A stretch of 64,000 nucleotides of DNA from assembly GCA_965221165.1 (NCBI GenBank), contig CBDCRP010000003.1, forward strand, positions 1,312,001 through 1,376,000, in the 5' to 3' direction. Below, piece after piece: positions 1 to 9,803 of this stretch (its first letter is position 1; each line of letters begins with the position of its first letter). Source of the stretch: a bacterium. GTDB lineage: Bacteria > UBA8248. The position numbers and the translations under genes were made by a program. The notes beneath the pieces are model-generated. The model had not been told where the DNA came from, ran no database searches, and saw only the letters and a list, made by a program, of their open reading frames with translations.

Positions 1-1270
1 TGGCGCAGGAAATCACCTCCCAGGCGGCTCTCAGGCCGTTCTGGAAGTGGGTGGCCGACATGCCGCGCTCGTATTTCAAGGCCGCATCGGCCACGAATTC
101 GTAAAAAGCGCTCTCCGCTTCGGAATCGCCGGACGGCGAACGCTCGAGGCGGCCGTCGCGATAGCGCTTCACCATGTTCAGGGTCCGGTGCAGCAGGTTC
201 CCCAAATCGTTCGCTAGATCGCTGTTGATGCGGTCGATCAGGGCGTTGTGGGAGAAATCGCCATCCAGCCCGAAGGGGATTTCCTTGAGCAGGAAATAGC
301 GGATGGCGTCGACGCCGTATTCCTCGATCAGCCAATGCGGGTCAACCGCGTTGCCCAGGCTTTTGGACATCTTCTGGCCCTCGACCGTCCACCACCCGTG
401 GCTGAAAACCTGCCCGGGCAGGGGAACCCCGGCGGAGAGCAGGAAGGCGGGCCAGTACACCGCGTGGAATCTCAGAATGTCTTTTCCGATGAAATGCTGA
501 TCCGTCGGCCAGGGGCTTCCCTCGCGAACCCCGTTCTCATCGAAGCCCGGAGCGGTCAGGTAATTGCTCAGCGCGTCGAACCACACGTAAATCACGTGGT
601 TTTCATCCCCCGGCACGGGGATGCCCCACTGAAAACTCGTGCGCGAGAGGGAAAGATCCTTCAAACCGCCACGCACGAAGCTCATCACCTCGTTTCTTCT
701 GGTCTCGGGCTGAACGAACTGAGGGTTTTTCTCGTAATGCTCCAGAAGCGGCTCCGCGAACCTGCTCAGGCGAAAGAAATAACTCGGCTCCTCCACCCAT
801 TCGACCTCGGCACCCGTAGGGGCCAGCTTTCCGCCCTCAGTACCCTCGGTGAGTTCGCTCTCGGTGTAGAAGGCCTCGTCGCGAACAGCGTACCAGCCGG
901 CGTAGGCGCCCAGGTAGATGTCGCCCGCCGCCTCCACGCGCCGCCAAAGCTCCTGAACGCCCCGGATGTGGCGCTCCTCCGTCGTGCGGATGTAATCGTC
1001 ATAGGAAATATCGAGCTTTTCCCAGAGTTCGCGGAATTTCGCGCTGTTCATGTCGCAAAAAGCATGGGGGTCCATGCCGGCCTCGCGAGCGGCGCGCTCG
1101 AGTTTCTGGCCGTGCTCGTCCGTGCCGGTGAGAAACTGCGTCGGCTCGCCGCGCAGCCTGTGAAAACGGGCCTTGGCGTCGCACGCCACCGTCGTATAGG
1201 CATGGCCGAGGTGCGGCTTGTCGTTGACGTAATAAATCGGCGTAGAAACGTAGAATGGTTTTTTTGTCAT
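1..1270 (-). CDS. metG: Methionyl-tRNA synthetase (3' end runs off the window)
   Basis: Not in the ORF track. Manual translation from ATG at 1270 gives MTKKPFYVSTPIYYVNDKPHLGHAYTT (HIGH-type motif), with KMSKSLGN near 355-375. ATGA overlap with the upstream gene. Confidence 0.96.
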   Translation of the reverse strand, partial: MTKKPFYVSTPIYYVNDKPHLGHAYTTVACDAKARFHRLRGEPTQFLTGTDEHGQKLERAAREAGMDPHAFCDMNSAKFRELWEKLDISYDDYIRTTEERHIRGVQELWRRVEAAGDIYLGAYAGWYAVRDEAFYTESELTEGTEGGKLAPTGAEVEWVEEPSYFFRLSRFAEPLLEHYEKNPQFVQPETRRNEVMSFVRGGLKDLSLSRTSFQWGIPVPGDENHVIYVWFDALSNYLTAPGFDENGVREGSPWPTDQHFIGKDILRFHAVYWPAFLLSAGVPLPGQVFSHGWWTVEGQKMSKSLGNAVDPHWLIEEYGVDAIRYFLLKEIPFGLDGDFSHNALIDRINSDLANDLGNLLHRTLNMVKRYRDGRLERSPSGDSEAESAFYEFVADAALKYERGMSATHFQNGLRAAWEVISCA

Positions 1271-2205
1271 TGTTTCGAGCCGTTTTCCTTCCGTGTAGCG
1301 CTTTGAGACTCATCGTTTTGCGCGGCGGTTTTAAGAGAAAACTGGCCCGTGGGCAAGCGCATCAAATCTTTCGCGTGAACCGTCATGAAATCTCCGGTTT
1401 CGAGAGCGAGGGTCACCTCTTCCTTGAGCAGGTCCTGACGCACGACGGTCGCGCCGCAGTCGCAGCCGCCGACTTTCTTCTTGCATGCGGGCAATTTCTT
1501 CTTCACCGACACGTAATGGGAATGCTCGAAGCGAAGACAGCACTTGAGCCGCCCGCAGCCGCCGGAGAGTTTGACGGGGTTTAAGCTCAGGTTCTGATCC
1601 TTCGCCATGCGAACGGAAATGGGGTCGAACGCCTTGAGAAAAGAACTGCAACAATAGGTGCGCCCGCAATCTCCGCATCCGCCCTTCATCCCCGCCTCGT
1701 CGCGAACGCCGATTTGGCGCATCTCCACGCGGACGGAGAGACGCTCGGCAAGCACCCGCACCAGCTTCCTGAAATCCACGCGGCCGTCGGAGGAGAAATA
1801 AAACGTCGCCTTTTTGTTCGAGTGAATGTAGCGAACCTCGACGAGGCGCATGGGCAGCTTCAGTTCCGATATCTTCGCCCGGCAAAAATCATAAGCGCTT
1901 TTCTCGTTCGCTTCGGTGCGAACCACCTTTTTCTCGTCATCCTCGGTGGCTCTCCGCAGCACTCCGGGAAGGGGGTCCGGATAATAGCGCGAATCCATGA
2001 CCCGGGGATTTTCGGATATCTCGCCGAACTCCGTATCGCCGTCTTTGGTCCTGGTCATGACCTTCATGCCGACCTGAAGACGCAAATCCCCATAGGTGTG
2101 ATGAACCGGCCGCGCGCCGAAGCGCGTCTTGACCCCGACCACTCCGATTTTCCGCGTCTCGGGCGGTGCCTCCGCAAGGGCGCCACCATTCGATGTTTCA
2201 CTCAT
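1267..2205 (-). CDS. yaaT: PSP1-domain protein (YaaT/RicT family)
   Basis: Motifs FYFSSDGRVDFRKLV, RQIGVRDEA, CGRTYCC and KLSGGCGRLKCCLRFE; conserved tmk-holB-yaaT-metG order. Confidence 0.9.
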   Translation of the reverse strand: MSETSNGGALAEAPPETRKIGVVGVKTRFGARPVHHTYGDLRLQVGMKVMTRTKDGDTEFGEISENPRVMDSRYYPDPLPGVLRRATEDDEKKVVRTEANEKSAYDFCRAKISELKLPMRLVEVRYIHSNKKATFYFSSDGRVDFRKLVRVLAERLSVRVEMRQIGVRDEAGMKGGCGDCGRTYCCSSFLKAFDPISVRMAKDQNLSLNPVKLSGGCGRLKCCLRFEHSHYVSVKKKLPACKKKVGGCDCGATVVRQDLLKEEVTLALETGDFMTVHAKDLMRLPTGQFSLKTAAQNDESQSATRKENGSKQ

Positions 2206-2214
2206 TTTCTCACC

Positions 2215-3240
2215 TCAAACCCCGGCGGGAACAGTCTCCCGCAGAGAATATACCAAAGTCTCGAGCGTCAGGGACGGGTTGGTATTCCCGCCTCCCACGT
2301 CGCGCATGGCCGACCCCACCCTTTCGAGGGCTTTGGTCAGACCTGCGCTTCCCCAGCGCTCTCCCATGGCGGCCAGCGCCGCCCGTATGTCCGTATGCCA
2401 TAATTCTATCGTCTCGGGCGATTCCTGCGTGATGAGTATATCGCGAAGCAGCCCGCGAAGCATTTCCAAAAAGAGAATCGTCTCGTTTCTTCCCGAAGCC
2501 CCGCTCCCCGCCCGTTCGGAGGCGAGCGTAATGAGGGTCACTTCGTCCGCCCGGCCCGCCGGCGCGCTCAACTCCTCGAGGAACCGCATCGCCTCCTCCC
2601 TGCGCTCGGAGAGAGCGCCTGCGTCCGAGGAAAGGGCGACGCCCAGCCTCCCCATGCTGAGTGAGACGAGTTTCTCCACGTCTGCACCATCCTCCCCGGA
2701 TCGCTCATTGAGGATGGCGACCAAATCCGCGCGCGCCAGAGCCTGAAACCTGAGCCGCCTGCAACGCGAGATCACCGTCGGCAGCAGCGTATGGAGGTTC
2801 GGAGTCACCAGAATCAAAATCGTACCGACGCTCGGCTCTTCCAGCGTTTTGAGCAGGGCGTTCTGACTCACCCGCGTCAGCAGATGCGCATCCTCGATGA
2901 TGAAAACCTGCCGCATCCCCTCGTTGGGACGCTGATGGGCGCGCCAGATCACCTCCTCCCTGATCAACTCCACCTTGATGGAGCGCGACCCCGCTACCGG
3001 GCGGATGGAAACGACATCGGGATGCACATTCGCGCGCACCTTCTCGCACGCGATACAATCCCCGCACGGCGGAGTCTCCCCCGGGCATTGCAAGACCTGG
3101 GCGAAAAGACACGCCGCGCTCGCCTTGCCCACCCCATCGGGGCCATAAAACAAATAAGCGCTCGCCACCTGTCCGGACGATATGTCCCTTCGCAGCAGCC
3201 TTAAGGCTGCGTCCTGGCCGCGGATGGATTTCCAGCCCAT
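2215..3240 (-). CDS. holB: DNA polymerase III delta' subunit
   Basis: AYLFYGPDGVGK, Zn motif CGDCIAC, HPD, NALLKTLEEP, LLPTVISRC; follows tmk. Confidence 0.93.
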   Translation of the reverse strand: MGWKSIRGQDAALRLLRRDISSGQVASAYLFYGPDGVGKASAACLFAQVLQCPGETPPCGDCIACEKVRANVHPDVVSIRPVAGSRSIKVELIREEVIWRAHQRPNEGMRQVFIIEDAHLLTRVSQNALLKTLEEPSVGTILILVTPNLHTLLPTVISRCRRLRFQALARADLVAILNERSGEDGADVEKLVSLSMGRLGVALSSDAGALSERREEAMRFLEELSAPAGRADEVTLITLASERAGSGASGRNETILFLEMLRGLLRDILITQESPETIELWHTDIRAALAAMGERWGSAGLTKALERVGSAMRDVGGGNTNPSLTLETLVYSLRETVPAGV

Positions 3241-3854
3241 TCGAATTTTTCCTTCACAATCGTCACTACCTCCTCGTGCACCTGCTGAATCGCGCCCTCG
3301 CCCAACACGTGAAAACGATGGGGTTCGCGCTTCGCCAGCACCTCGAAACCCGCCTGCACCCTGCGGTGAAACGCCAGACTCTCGCCCTCGAGCCGATCGC
3401 CCACACTCTCCCCCCGCGCGCGAGAGAGGCCTTCTTCCAGCGCTACGGAGAAGAGCAGCGTCAGGTCGGGGGTAATCCCCCCGCTCGCCACCCGGTTCAA
3501 CTCCATCACCATGCGCTCATCCAGCCCCCGCCCGAACGCCTGGTACGCCGTCGTGGAATCGAAAAACCGATCGCAAAGGACGTAGCGTCCCGCCTCTAAG
3601 GCCGGCCGAATCACCTCGCTCACGTGCTGCGCCCGCGCCGCCTCGTAAAGAAGGAGTTCCGTGGCGGCGTCGAGAATTTCATCGCGCGGAGCGAGGAGCA
3701 GCCCCCGAATCTCCTCTCCTGTCTTCGTGCCGCCGGGCTCGCGCGTGGCGAGAACCGGAAACCCCGCCTCCTCCATCCACGCCCGCAGGCGCGCCATCTG
3801 GGTCGACTTGCCGCAACCCTCCACACCCTCGAACGTGATGAAACTACCGCGCAT
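3201..3854 (-). CDS. tmk: Thymidylate kinase
   Basis: FITFEGVEGCGKSTQ P-loop, TREPGG, LCDRFFDSTTAYQ. Confidence 0.96.
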   Translation of the reverse strand: MRGSFITFEGVEGCGKSTQMARLRAWMEEAGFPVLATREPGGTKTGEEIRGLLLAPRDEILDAATELLLYEAARAQHVSEVIRPALEAGRYVLCDRFFDSTTAYQAFGRGLDERMVMELNRVASGGITPDLTLLFSVALEEGLSRARGESVGDRLEGESLAFHRRVQAGFEVLAKREPHRFHVLGEGAIQQVHEEVVTIVKEKFEWAGNPSAARTQP

Positions 3855-3940
3855 CGGCGAAATTTCCTTTCCTCAAAGCGTCTCCGGAGACAGCTTAACA
3901 CAACCGGCCCATGGGGCGGGGCCAGCGGGCGGGCGAGCGA

Positions 3941-5320
3941 TCAGTTCCCATCCAGCTTGCGGTAAATGGTGCGCGTGGCGATTCCCAGAAGACGGGCGGC
4001 GGCGCTTTTGTCACCACCCGTGTGGCGGAGGGTCTCCAGGATCACCCGGCGCTCAACCTCCGCGAGCGGGGTGCCGATCTCGAGGTTGATGAGCGGCAAG
4101 TCCGACGCCATCGGCTGTTCCTGGCTCGAGCGCTCGCCCCGGGCGACTTGCGCAGGCAAATCATCCACCGAAAGAATTTCTCCCCGGCTCAACACCACGG
4201 CGCGCTCCACCATATTTTCGAGTTCCCGCACATTTCCCGGCCAATGGTAGTTCGACATCGCATCGAGCGCCTCGCGTGAAAACGCGAGAGCGGGGCGGTT
4301 GTTCTTCGCGGCGAAACGCTGAAGGAAATGCTCGGCGAGAAAGGGAATGTCGCTGCGCCGATCCCGCAGAGAGGGCAGGTGGATGGTGATCACGTTCAGG
4401 CGATAGTAGAGGTCGTCGCGAAACCTCTTCTCGGCCACGGCGGTTTGCAAGTCCGCGTTGGTGGAAGCCACGATCCGCGCGTCCACCTTGAGGGTTTCCG
4501 TCCCGCCGACGCGCTCGAATTCGCCCTCCTGCAAGACGCGAAGAATCTTCGGCTGAAGAACGGGGGGCATATCCCCGATTTCATCGAGAAACAGCGTACC
4601 CTCGTCCGCGAGCTTGAAGCGGCCTTCCTTCCGGCCCACGGCGCCCGTAAACGCCCCGCGCTCGTAGCCGAAGAGTTCGCTCTCGAGGAGGTTCTCCGGC
4701 AGCGCCGCGCAGTTCACCTTCACCATCGCCTTGCCCGCTCTATCGCTCGCCTCGTGCAGGGCGTTCGCCACCAGTTCCTTGCCCGTCCCGCTCTCGCCCA
4801 GAATCAGGACCGTGGCCGCGGTGGGCGCGACCTGGAGAACCATCTCCTTCACCCGGCGAATCGAGGGGTGGTTGCCCATCATGCCCGAAGTGTCTCTCAG
4901 GCTCTGAAGCTGCGCCCGCAAATCCGCGTTCTCGCGCAGGAGCGCCTGTTTTTCGAGCGCCTTGTCTATCGCTTTGAGAACAACCACGCGCTCCAGCGGC
5001 TTGGTCAAAAAATCATAAGCCCCCTCGCGCATCGCCTCGACGGCCGACTCGATGCTCCCGGCGCCGGAAATCAGAATCACTTCCGTATCCGGGCTGATGC
5101 GCTTGACCTCCTTGAGCAACCCGATGCCGTCCATCCCGGGCATTCTGAGATCGGTGATCAGCAGATTCACGGGCTCGGCGACGAACATCTCGGCGGCGGT
5201 TTCCGCGTCATGCGCCATGGCGACGTCGAACCCCTCCTTGGCGATCATCTTCTGGAGGGCTTCGCGGCTGCCTCGCTTGTCGTCCACCACCATCACGCGC
5301 GCGCCGGCGTGGCCGCTCAT
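3941..5320 (-). CDS. Sigma-54-dependent response regulator (NtrC/AtoC family)
   Basis: Receiver domain (VVDD, TDLRMPGMDG), AAA+ GESGTGKE, GAFTGA, WPGNVRELEN, C-terminal Fis-type HTH. Confidence 0.95.
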   Translation of the reverse strand: MSGHAGARVMVVDDKRGSREALQKMIAKEGFDVAMAHDAETAAEMFVAEPVNLLITDLRMPGMDGIGLLKEVKRISPDTEVILISGAGSIESAVEAMREGAYDFLTKPLERVVVLKAIDKALEKQALLRENADLRAQLQSLRDTSGMMGNHPSIRRVKEMVLQVAPTAATVLILGESGTGKELVANALHEASDRAGKAMVKVNCAALPENLLESELFGYERGAFTGAVGRKEGRFKLADEGTLFLDEIGDMPPVLQPKILRVLQEGEFERVGGTETLKVDARIVASTNADLQTAVAEKRFRDDLYYRLNVITIHLPSLRDRRSDIPFLAEHFLQRFAAKNNRPALAFSREALDAMSNYHWPGNVRELENMVERAVVLSRGEILSVDDLPAQVARGERSSQEQPMASDLPLINLEIGTPLAEVERRVILETLRHTGGDKSAAARLLGIATRTIYRKLDGN

Positions 5321-7530
5321 GCCTTCACCTCCTGCACCACGGGGAGCGGCAGTTCGACGATGAAAGTGGCCCCCGCCCCCTCCTCGCTTTCAAAGCGGAT
5401 GCTTCCCTTGTGCTCGGTGATGATCTGCTGGCTCAGCACGAGTCCGAGGCCCGTTCCATTCACCTTCGTCGTGAAAAACGGCGTGAATAAAGAGGCCTGA
5501 TCCTTGAGGCTGATCCCGGCGCCGCTGTCCGATATCCTGATGGTGAGGTGCTGGTTTTCCAGTTCGGTCCTGACCAGGAGACGACCACCATCGGGCATCG
5601 CGTCGAACCCGTTCAAGATAAGATTCTGAATGGCGACGCGCATTTGCGTTTCATCCAGGACGACGTCGGGCACATCTCTTTCCAGTTCCTTTTCAATCCG
5701 GATTTTTCTGCTCGCCGCCACTTCCGCGTGGAAAATCAGTAAATCCTCGATCATCTCGTTGCAGTCGACCGATGTTCTCTCCGGGCTCGGCATCCGCACG
5801 AATTTGAGATAATCGGCCGTCACCTGGCTGATAATATCCACTTCCGCCCTCACGGATCTGAGCAACGCCCACGCCTCGGAGGTATCCGACTCCTTGAATT
5901 GCGACAACTCATCGCCGAGCAATTCCGCGTTCAGGTTGATGGCCGAGAGCGGGTTGCGTACGGAATGCGCAATCTGGGTGCTCATCTTACCGACGATCGA
6001 GAGCCTGTCGCGTTGCAAGACTTCCTTCTCGAGCGCCTTGCGCCCGGTCACATCCTTCAAATACAAAATCACTTGCAGCGTCGCTCCCGAGGCGTCGAGA
6101 ATCGGGTAGGTGTAGTATTCCATCTCCATCCGGCGCCCATCGTCCCACGAAATCGATTTTTCGAAAAAGCCCGGTTCGCCGGTCGCAAAAGTATCGACGA
6201 TCAGGGATCGCTCGACGAAAGGCTCTGGCACCGCGGTGAGCGGCGATATCTCCCATTGTTGATCCAGCAACTCGGAAACCTCGCGCCCGAAGAGCCTGGC
6301 CATCGAGCGATTGAGCATCCGGATGCGAAAATCCTTGTCCAGAATGCCGATGGCGTCCGTGATGCCGTCGAACAGCGCCTGAAGCCGTCTGTTGCTCTCC
6401 AGCACCTGCTCGGACCAGTGTATCCTGTCCTCGGCCCGTATGCGCCTGCGCTCGCGATCGAGTATCAAAAGGGCGGCCAGAATCAAGGAGATGAACGCGA
6501 AACCCGTCAAGAGCAGACCTTTTCGGAACAAGCGCCCGATCAACCCGACGAACTCCGCAGATGGCGCCGTGAGGGCGAAAGTCCATCTCTCATGCCCCAC
6601 CGGGAAGCTGCTGAAAGCCGTCAGGTATCGCAGGCTTTTCTCTTTTTTCTCGGGCCTCAAGTCCAGGTGCCAATCGAAACCCTTCTCTTCCGTCTTCATG
6701 CGCCCGACCAGTTTTTCCAGTCTCTCATCCCCCAATGCGCGCGCGAGGGTGGACAAATGGATGCCCTCCAGCCGGGGGATGCCCGGAGGAAAGATGATTC
6801 TACCCTCGCCGTCCACGAGCCACGCCCGTCTCCGGCTTCCCGATTGAACGGGTTCGACGAACGCGCGCACCAAATCCGCCATGGAAATGCGCGCGTAGAG
6901 CCATTCGCGCTTTCGCTGCCTCTCTCCTCCTTTGGGCCCATCCTCCTTCGACGCCACGGGCACCGCCACGAACAGGGAGGCGACCCTTCGGGCCTCGTCC
7001 CGAATCACGAGAAGACAGGCGCCTTCCGGCCAGGCGCAGCCCCGTAACGTATCGAGGTATTCCTTCGGAATCGCGGCGCTCGACTCGTGGCCTTCCTGCA
7101 GATACCCCACCTCGCTCACGCGGAACCTTCCGCCCAGCCTTTCGTACAAGCCGCTCATCGCCGCCATTCTTCCCGGATGATGGGGTTCGATCGTGCGCAG
7201 AAAGCCCGCGCTGTAGCGCAAAGACGCCGTGAGCGCCTCCAGGAAAGAAGCAATCCGGTCGCCTGCCTGCTCCACGAGAAGAAGCTGCTGGCGGTTGAAT
7301 CTCTCTGCGATCTCGGCCTTGGCGTCCACGTAGTGCCGATTGGAGAGAAAAATCAATATCCCTATCAAAACGAACGTCCAGGCTATCGTATGATACTGGA
7401 ACTTGCGGTTCACCCGGCGCGATTGCGCGATTCGCGAGCGCGCCGTCCCGTAAGGCCGCGGCAGCCCCCGCTTGCGCCATCTATCGAGAATTCCCCTCAA
7501 CAACCTCGTCCATGCGCTCGACATAAGCAT
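5317..7530 (-). CDS. Membrane sensor histidine kinase (two TM segments, extracytoplasmic domain, PAS)
   Basis: H-box IAHSVRNPL, N-box NLILNGFDAM, DSGAGI, PFFTTK, GTGLGL. Start moved from 7794 to about 7530/7524 because the longer ORF runs through the divergent promoter and into the next gene. Confidence 0.9.
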   Translation of the reverse strand: MLMSSAWTRLLRGILDRWRKRGLPRPYGTARSRIAQSRRVNRKFQYHTIAWTFVLIGILIFLSNRHYVDAKAEIAERFNRQQLLLVEQAGDRIASFLEALTASLRYSAGFLRTIEPHHPGRMAAMSGLYERLGGRFRVSEVGYLQEGHESSAAIPKEYLDTLRGCAWPEGACLLVIRDEARRVASLFVAVPVASKEDGPKGGERQRKREWLYARISMADLVRAFVEPVQSGSRRRAWLVDGEGRIIFPPGIPRLEGIHLSTLARALGDERLEKLVGRMKTEEKGFDWHLDLRPEKKEKSLRYLTAFSSFPVGHERWTFALTAPSAEFVGLIGRLFRKGLLLTGFAFISLILAALLILDRERRRIRAEDRIHWSEQVLESNRRLQALFDGITDAIGILDKDFRIRMLNRSMARLFGREVSELLDQQWEISPLTAVPEPFVERSLIVDTFATGEPGFFEKSISWDDGRRMEMEYYTYPILDASGATLQVILYLKDVTGRKALEKEVLQRDRLSIVGKMSTQIAHSVRNPLSAINLNAELLGDELSQFKESDTSEAWALLRSVRAEVDIISQVTADYLKFVRMPSPERTSVDCNEMIEDLLIFHAEVAASRKIRIEKELERDVPDVVLDETQMRVAIQNLILNGFDAMPDGGRLLVRTELENQHLTIRISDSGAGISLKDQASLFTPFFTTKVNGTGLGLVLSQQIITEHKGSIRFESEEGAGATFIVELPLPVVQEVKA

Positions 7531-7630
7531 TCCCAGGAAAATCGGCTGGTTTCGACCAGCCTTGTCGCCCAAGGTCCGGGATTCGGGTATGAGGGTCCGA
7601 AAACCACTCCCCCGCCCCGGCGCCACCAGC

Positions 7631-7659
7631 TTGACAGGGGGGAAATCCCCCCATATCTT
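7631..7659 (+). promoter_or_regulatory. Sigma-70-type promoter, copy 1
   Basis: TTGACA (7631-7636), 17-nt spacer, TATCTT (7654-7659). Confidence 0.85.
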
Positions 7660-7666
7660 GCACAAA

Positions 7667-7693
7667 TTAGCACTCCATGAGCCGGAGTGCCAC
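7667..7693 (+). promoter_or_regulatory. CIRCE operator (HrcA binding site), copy 1
   Basis: TTAGCACTC-CATGAGCCG-GAGTGCCAC versus consensus TTAGCACTC-N9-GAGTGCTAA. Confidence 0.92.
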
Positions 7694-7748
7694 ACCAAAT
7701 CCAGCGCGGAAGACTTGCAACCGTGACCGGCAACCTCAAGAGTACGGG

Positions 7749-9785
7749 ATGGCCACAATGAACAAGATGACAAACGAATCCAGCGAATTTGCACTTTTCT
7801 CCGAGGAGGAGAATCGGGCTCTTGACGAACGCACGTTTATAAAGAATGTAAGAGGCAAGCCAGCGACTTGCGTAAATTGCCTAATTCGCGGTAAGGACGT
7901 GCAACTAAAACCCGAAGAACGCATCCGGCAACTATGGCTGTCCCGCTTAATCGACCAATATGACTATTCCCCCTCACGCATCGCGCTTGAATACTCGATC
8001 ATTTTTGGCCGCGACAGTTCCAAGCGAGCCGACATCGTCGTGTTCGACGCTGACCGTCCCACCGTACCTTACATCATAATCGAAGTGAAACAGGGCAAAC
8101 TGCGCGATGGGAAAGAACAACTTCGCTCCTATGCTCATGCAACCGGCGCGCCGCTGGTTATGTGGAGCAATGGAATTCTAGCCGAAGTCTGGCACCGCAA
8201 GAATCCCAACTACTTCGTTCCCATTCATCATCTCCCACGCGCCAACCAGACGATTGAGGCCATTGTCGATCAGCCTTGGACCATCGAAACCCTTATCTTC
8301 AAGGAGAATGAACGCGAGCGCGAAGGGTCCAAGGCCCGGTCGCTGCGTGATCTGATTGTCGAGATGGAGAACGAAGTTCTCGCGAACGCTGGCGTGGACG
8401 TGTTCGAAGAGGTGTTCAAACTTGTCTTCACCAAACTCTACGACGAGATGTTTCACTACCGGGGCAGACATCCGTTCTTGCGCTTTCGCAACAGCAACAC
8501 GGCAGCACAACTGAAGAGTACGATACAGGAACTTTTCGACGAGGCGAAACAGCAATGGCCCGGTGTGTTCTTGTTCGACGAACGCATCCGCCTTTCCCCT
8601 GATCACTTACAGGTCTGTATCGGCTCACTCGAAGAATGGAAGCTGTTCAACTCCAATCTCGACGTGATCGACGACGCATTCGAGTATCTCGTGAACAAGT
8701 CGTCGAAAGGTGAAAAAGGCCAATACTTCACGCCACGCTGGGTAATCGACATGTGTGTGAAGATGCTCAACCCGCAAGAACATGAGGCGGTAATTGACAC
8801 CGCTTGCGGTTCATCGGGCTTCACCGTGCATACCATGTTCCATGTCTGGCGCAACATCATCGCCGACATGGGATTAAAGGAAAGCCACCTGCTCACGATG
8901 GATGGCAAACCCTCGCGTTGTGAAGACTATGTGCGCGACAAAATGTTCGCAATTGACTTCGATGAAAAGAGCGTTCGCGTCTCGCGCTGTCTGAATCTGA
9001 TTGCGGGCGATGGAGAAACCAACGTCCTGCATCTAAATACGCTCGATTGGCCCAAGTGGGACGAGACCGTGAAGGAAGATGATTGGTTGGATGCCTACGG
9101 CGAAGGCTGGCGGCGGTTGCGTAAACTGCGGGCTAAGACTAAACAAGCGGACTACCGACAGTTCAAGTTCGAAATCCTCATGGCCAATCCGCCCTTCGCA
9201 GGCGACATCAAACAATCCGACATGCTTGCTCCCTATGACTTGGCCCATAAAAAGACAGGTAAGCTGGAACGCGCCGTTGGCCGTGACCTTTTGTTCATCG
9301 AGCGCAACCTCGACTTCCTAAAACCCGGCGGGCGCATGGCGATTGTTTTGCCGCAAGGGCGGTTCAACAACTCGTCCGATCAGCGGGTACGTGAGTTCAT
9401 CATGGAACACTGTCGTATTCTTGCCGTTGTGGGCTTGCACCCAAACACATTCAAACCCCACACTGGCACCAAGACCAGTGTCCTGTTTGTTCAGAAATGG
9501 AACGACAATCCCGCTGCCGGACCACTTTGCCCGAAGGTGGACGATTACAACATATTCTTCGCCACTCAACAGGTAGAAAGCGTCAACAACAGCGGCGAGA
9601 AGGTTTACGTGCGCAACAACGACGGAAACCCGATGCGGGATGCACATGGGCATTTCATTGTCGCTCATGATCTGTTCAATCATGAAGGAAAGACACAAAA
9701 CGGGGTCGCCGAAGCCTTTCGAGAATTCGCTGCCGGGGAGGGCTTAAGTTTTTTTCGCCCCGCCCCTTCGACGGTAGCCAACTAA
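7749..9785 (+). CDS. Fused restriction endonuclease-N6-adenine methyltransferase (Type IIB/IIG-like RM subunit)
   Basis: N-terminal HsdR-N-like PD-(D/E)xK region (PEERIRQ, RADIVVF, IIEVK); MTase motifs GQYFTPR, DTACGSSGF, NPPF. Start uncertain among ATGs at 7749, 7758 and 7767. Confidence 0.9.
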   Translation: MATMNKMTNESSEFALFSEEENRALDERTFIKNVRGKPATCVNCLIRGKDVQLKPEERIRQLWLSRLIDQYDYSPSRIALEYSIIFGRDSSKRADIVVFDADRPTVPYIIIEVKQGKLRDGKEQLRSYAHATGAPLVMWSNGILAEVWHRKNPNYFVPIHHLPRANQTIEAIVDQPWTIETLIFKENEREREGSKARSLRDLIVEMENEVLANAGVDVFEEVFKLVFTKLYDEMFHYRGRHPFLRFRNSNTAAQLKSTIQELFDEAKQQWPGVFLFDERIRLSPDHLQVCIGSLEEWKLFNSNLDVIDDAFEYLVNKSSKGEKGQYFTPRWVIDMCVKMLNPQEHEAVIDTACGSSGFTVHTMFHVWRNIIADMGLKESHLLTMDGKPSRCEDYVRDKMFAIDFDEKSVRVSRCLNLIAGDGETNVLHLNTLDWPKWDETVKEDDWLDAYGEGWRRLRKLRAKTKQADYRQFKFEILMANPPFAGDIKQSDMLAPYDLAHKKTGKLERAVGRDLLFIERNLDFLKPGGRMAIVLPQGRFNNSSDQRVREFIMEHCRILAVVGLHPNTFKPHTGTKTSVLFVQKWNDNPAAGPLCPKVDDYNIFFATQQVESVNNSGEKVYVRNNDGNPMRDAHGHFIVAHDLFNHEGKTQNGVAEAFREFAAGEGLSFFRPAPSTVAN

Positions 9786-9803
9786 GCGAACTGTTGGAGG
9801 GGC
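9735..9803 (+). other. Candidate -1 programmed ribosomal frameshift signal
   Basis: GGAGG at 9737-9741; T_TTT_TTT at 9749-9755 in the RM frame; 6-nt spacer; stem 9762-9775 pairing with 9790-9803; the -1 frame is open into the S ORF. Confidence 0.65.

Larger units (their letters stand above)
7603..7699 (+). repeat. Direct repeat copy 1 (promoter + CIRCE)
   Basis: Aligns without gaps to 12039-12135, with 4 mismatches in 97 bp by manual comparison. Confidence 0.97.

Noticed and set aside
248-1306. 352-aa plus-strand ORF
   Set aside because: Antisense shadow of metG, which is the real gene on the minus strand.
7677-7748. ORF-track start of the RM gene inside the CIRCE spacer, and GTG 12123 for hrcA
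   Set aside because: Both starts fall within the operator just after the predicted transcription start; downstream ATGs are more plausible.
7531-7794. N-terminal extension of the histidine kinase
   Set aside because: It overlaps the divergent promoter, CIRCE and RM start, and looks non-coding.
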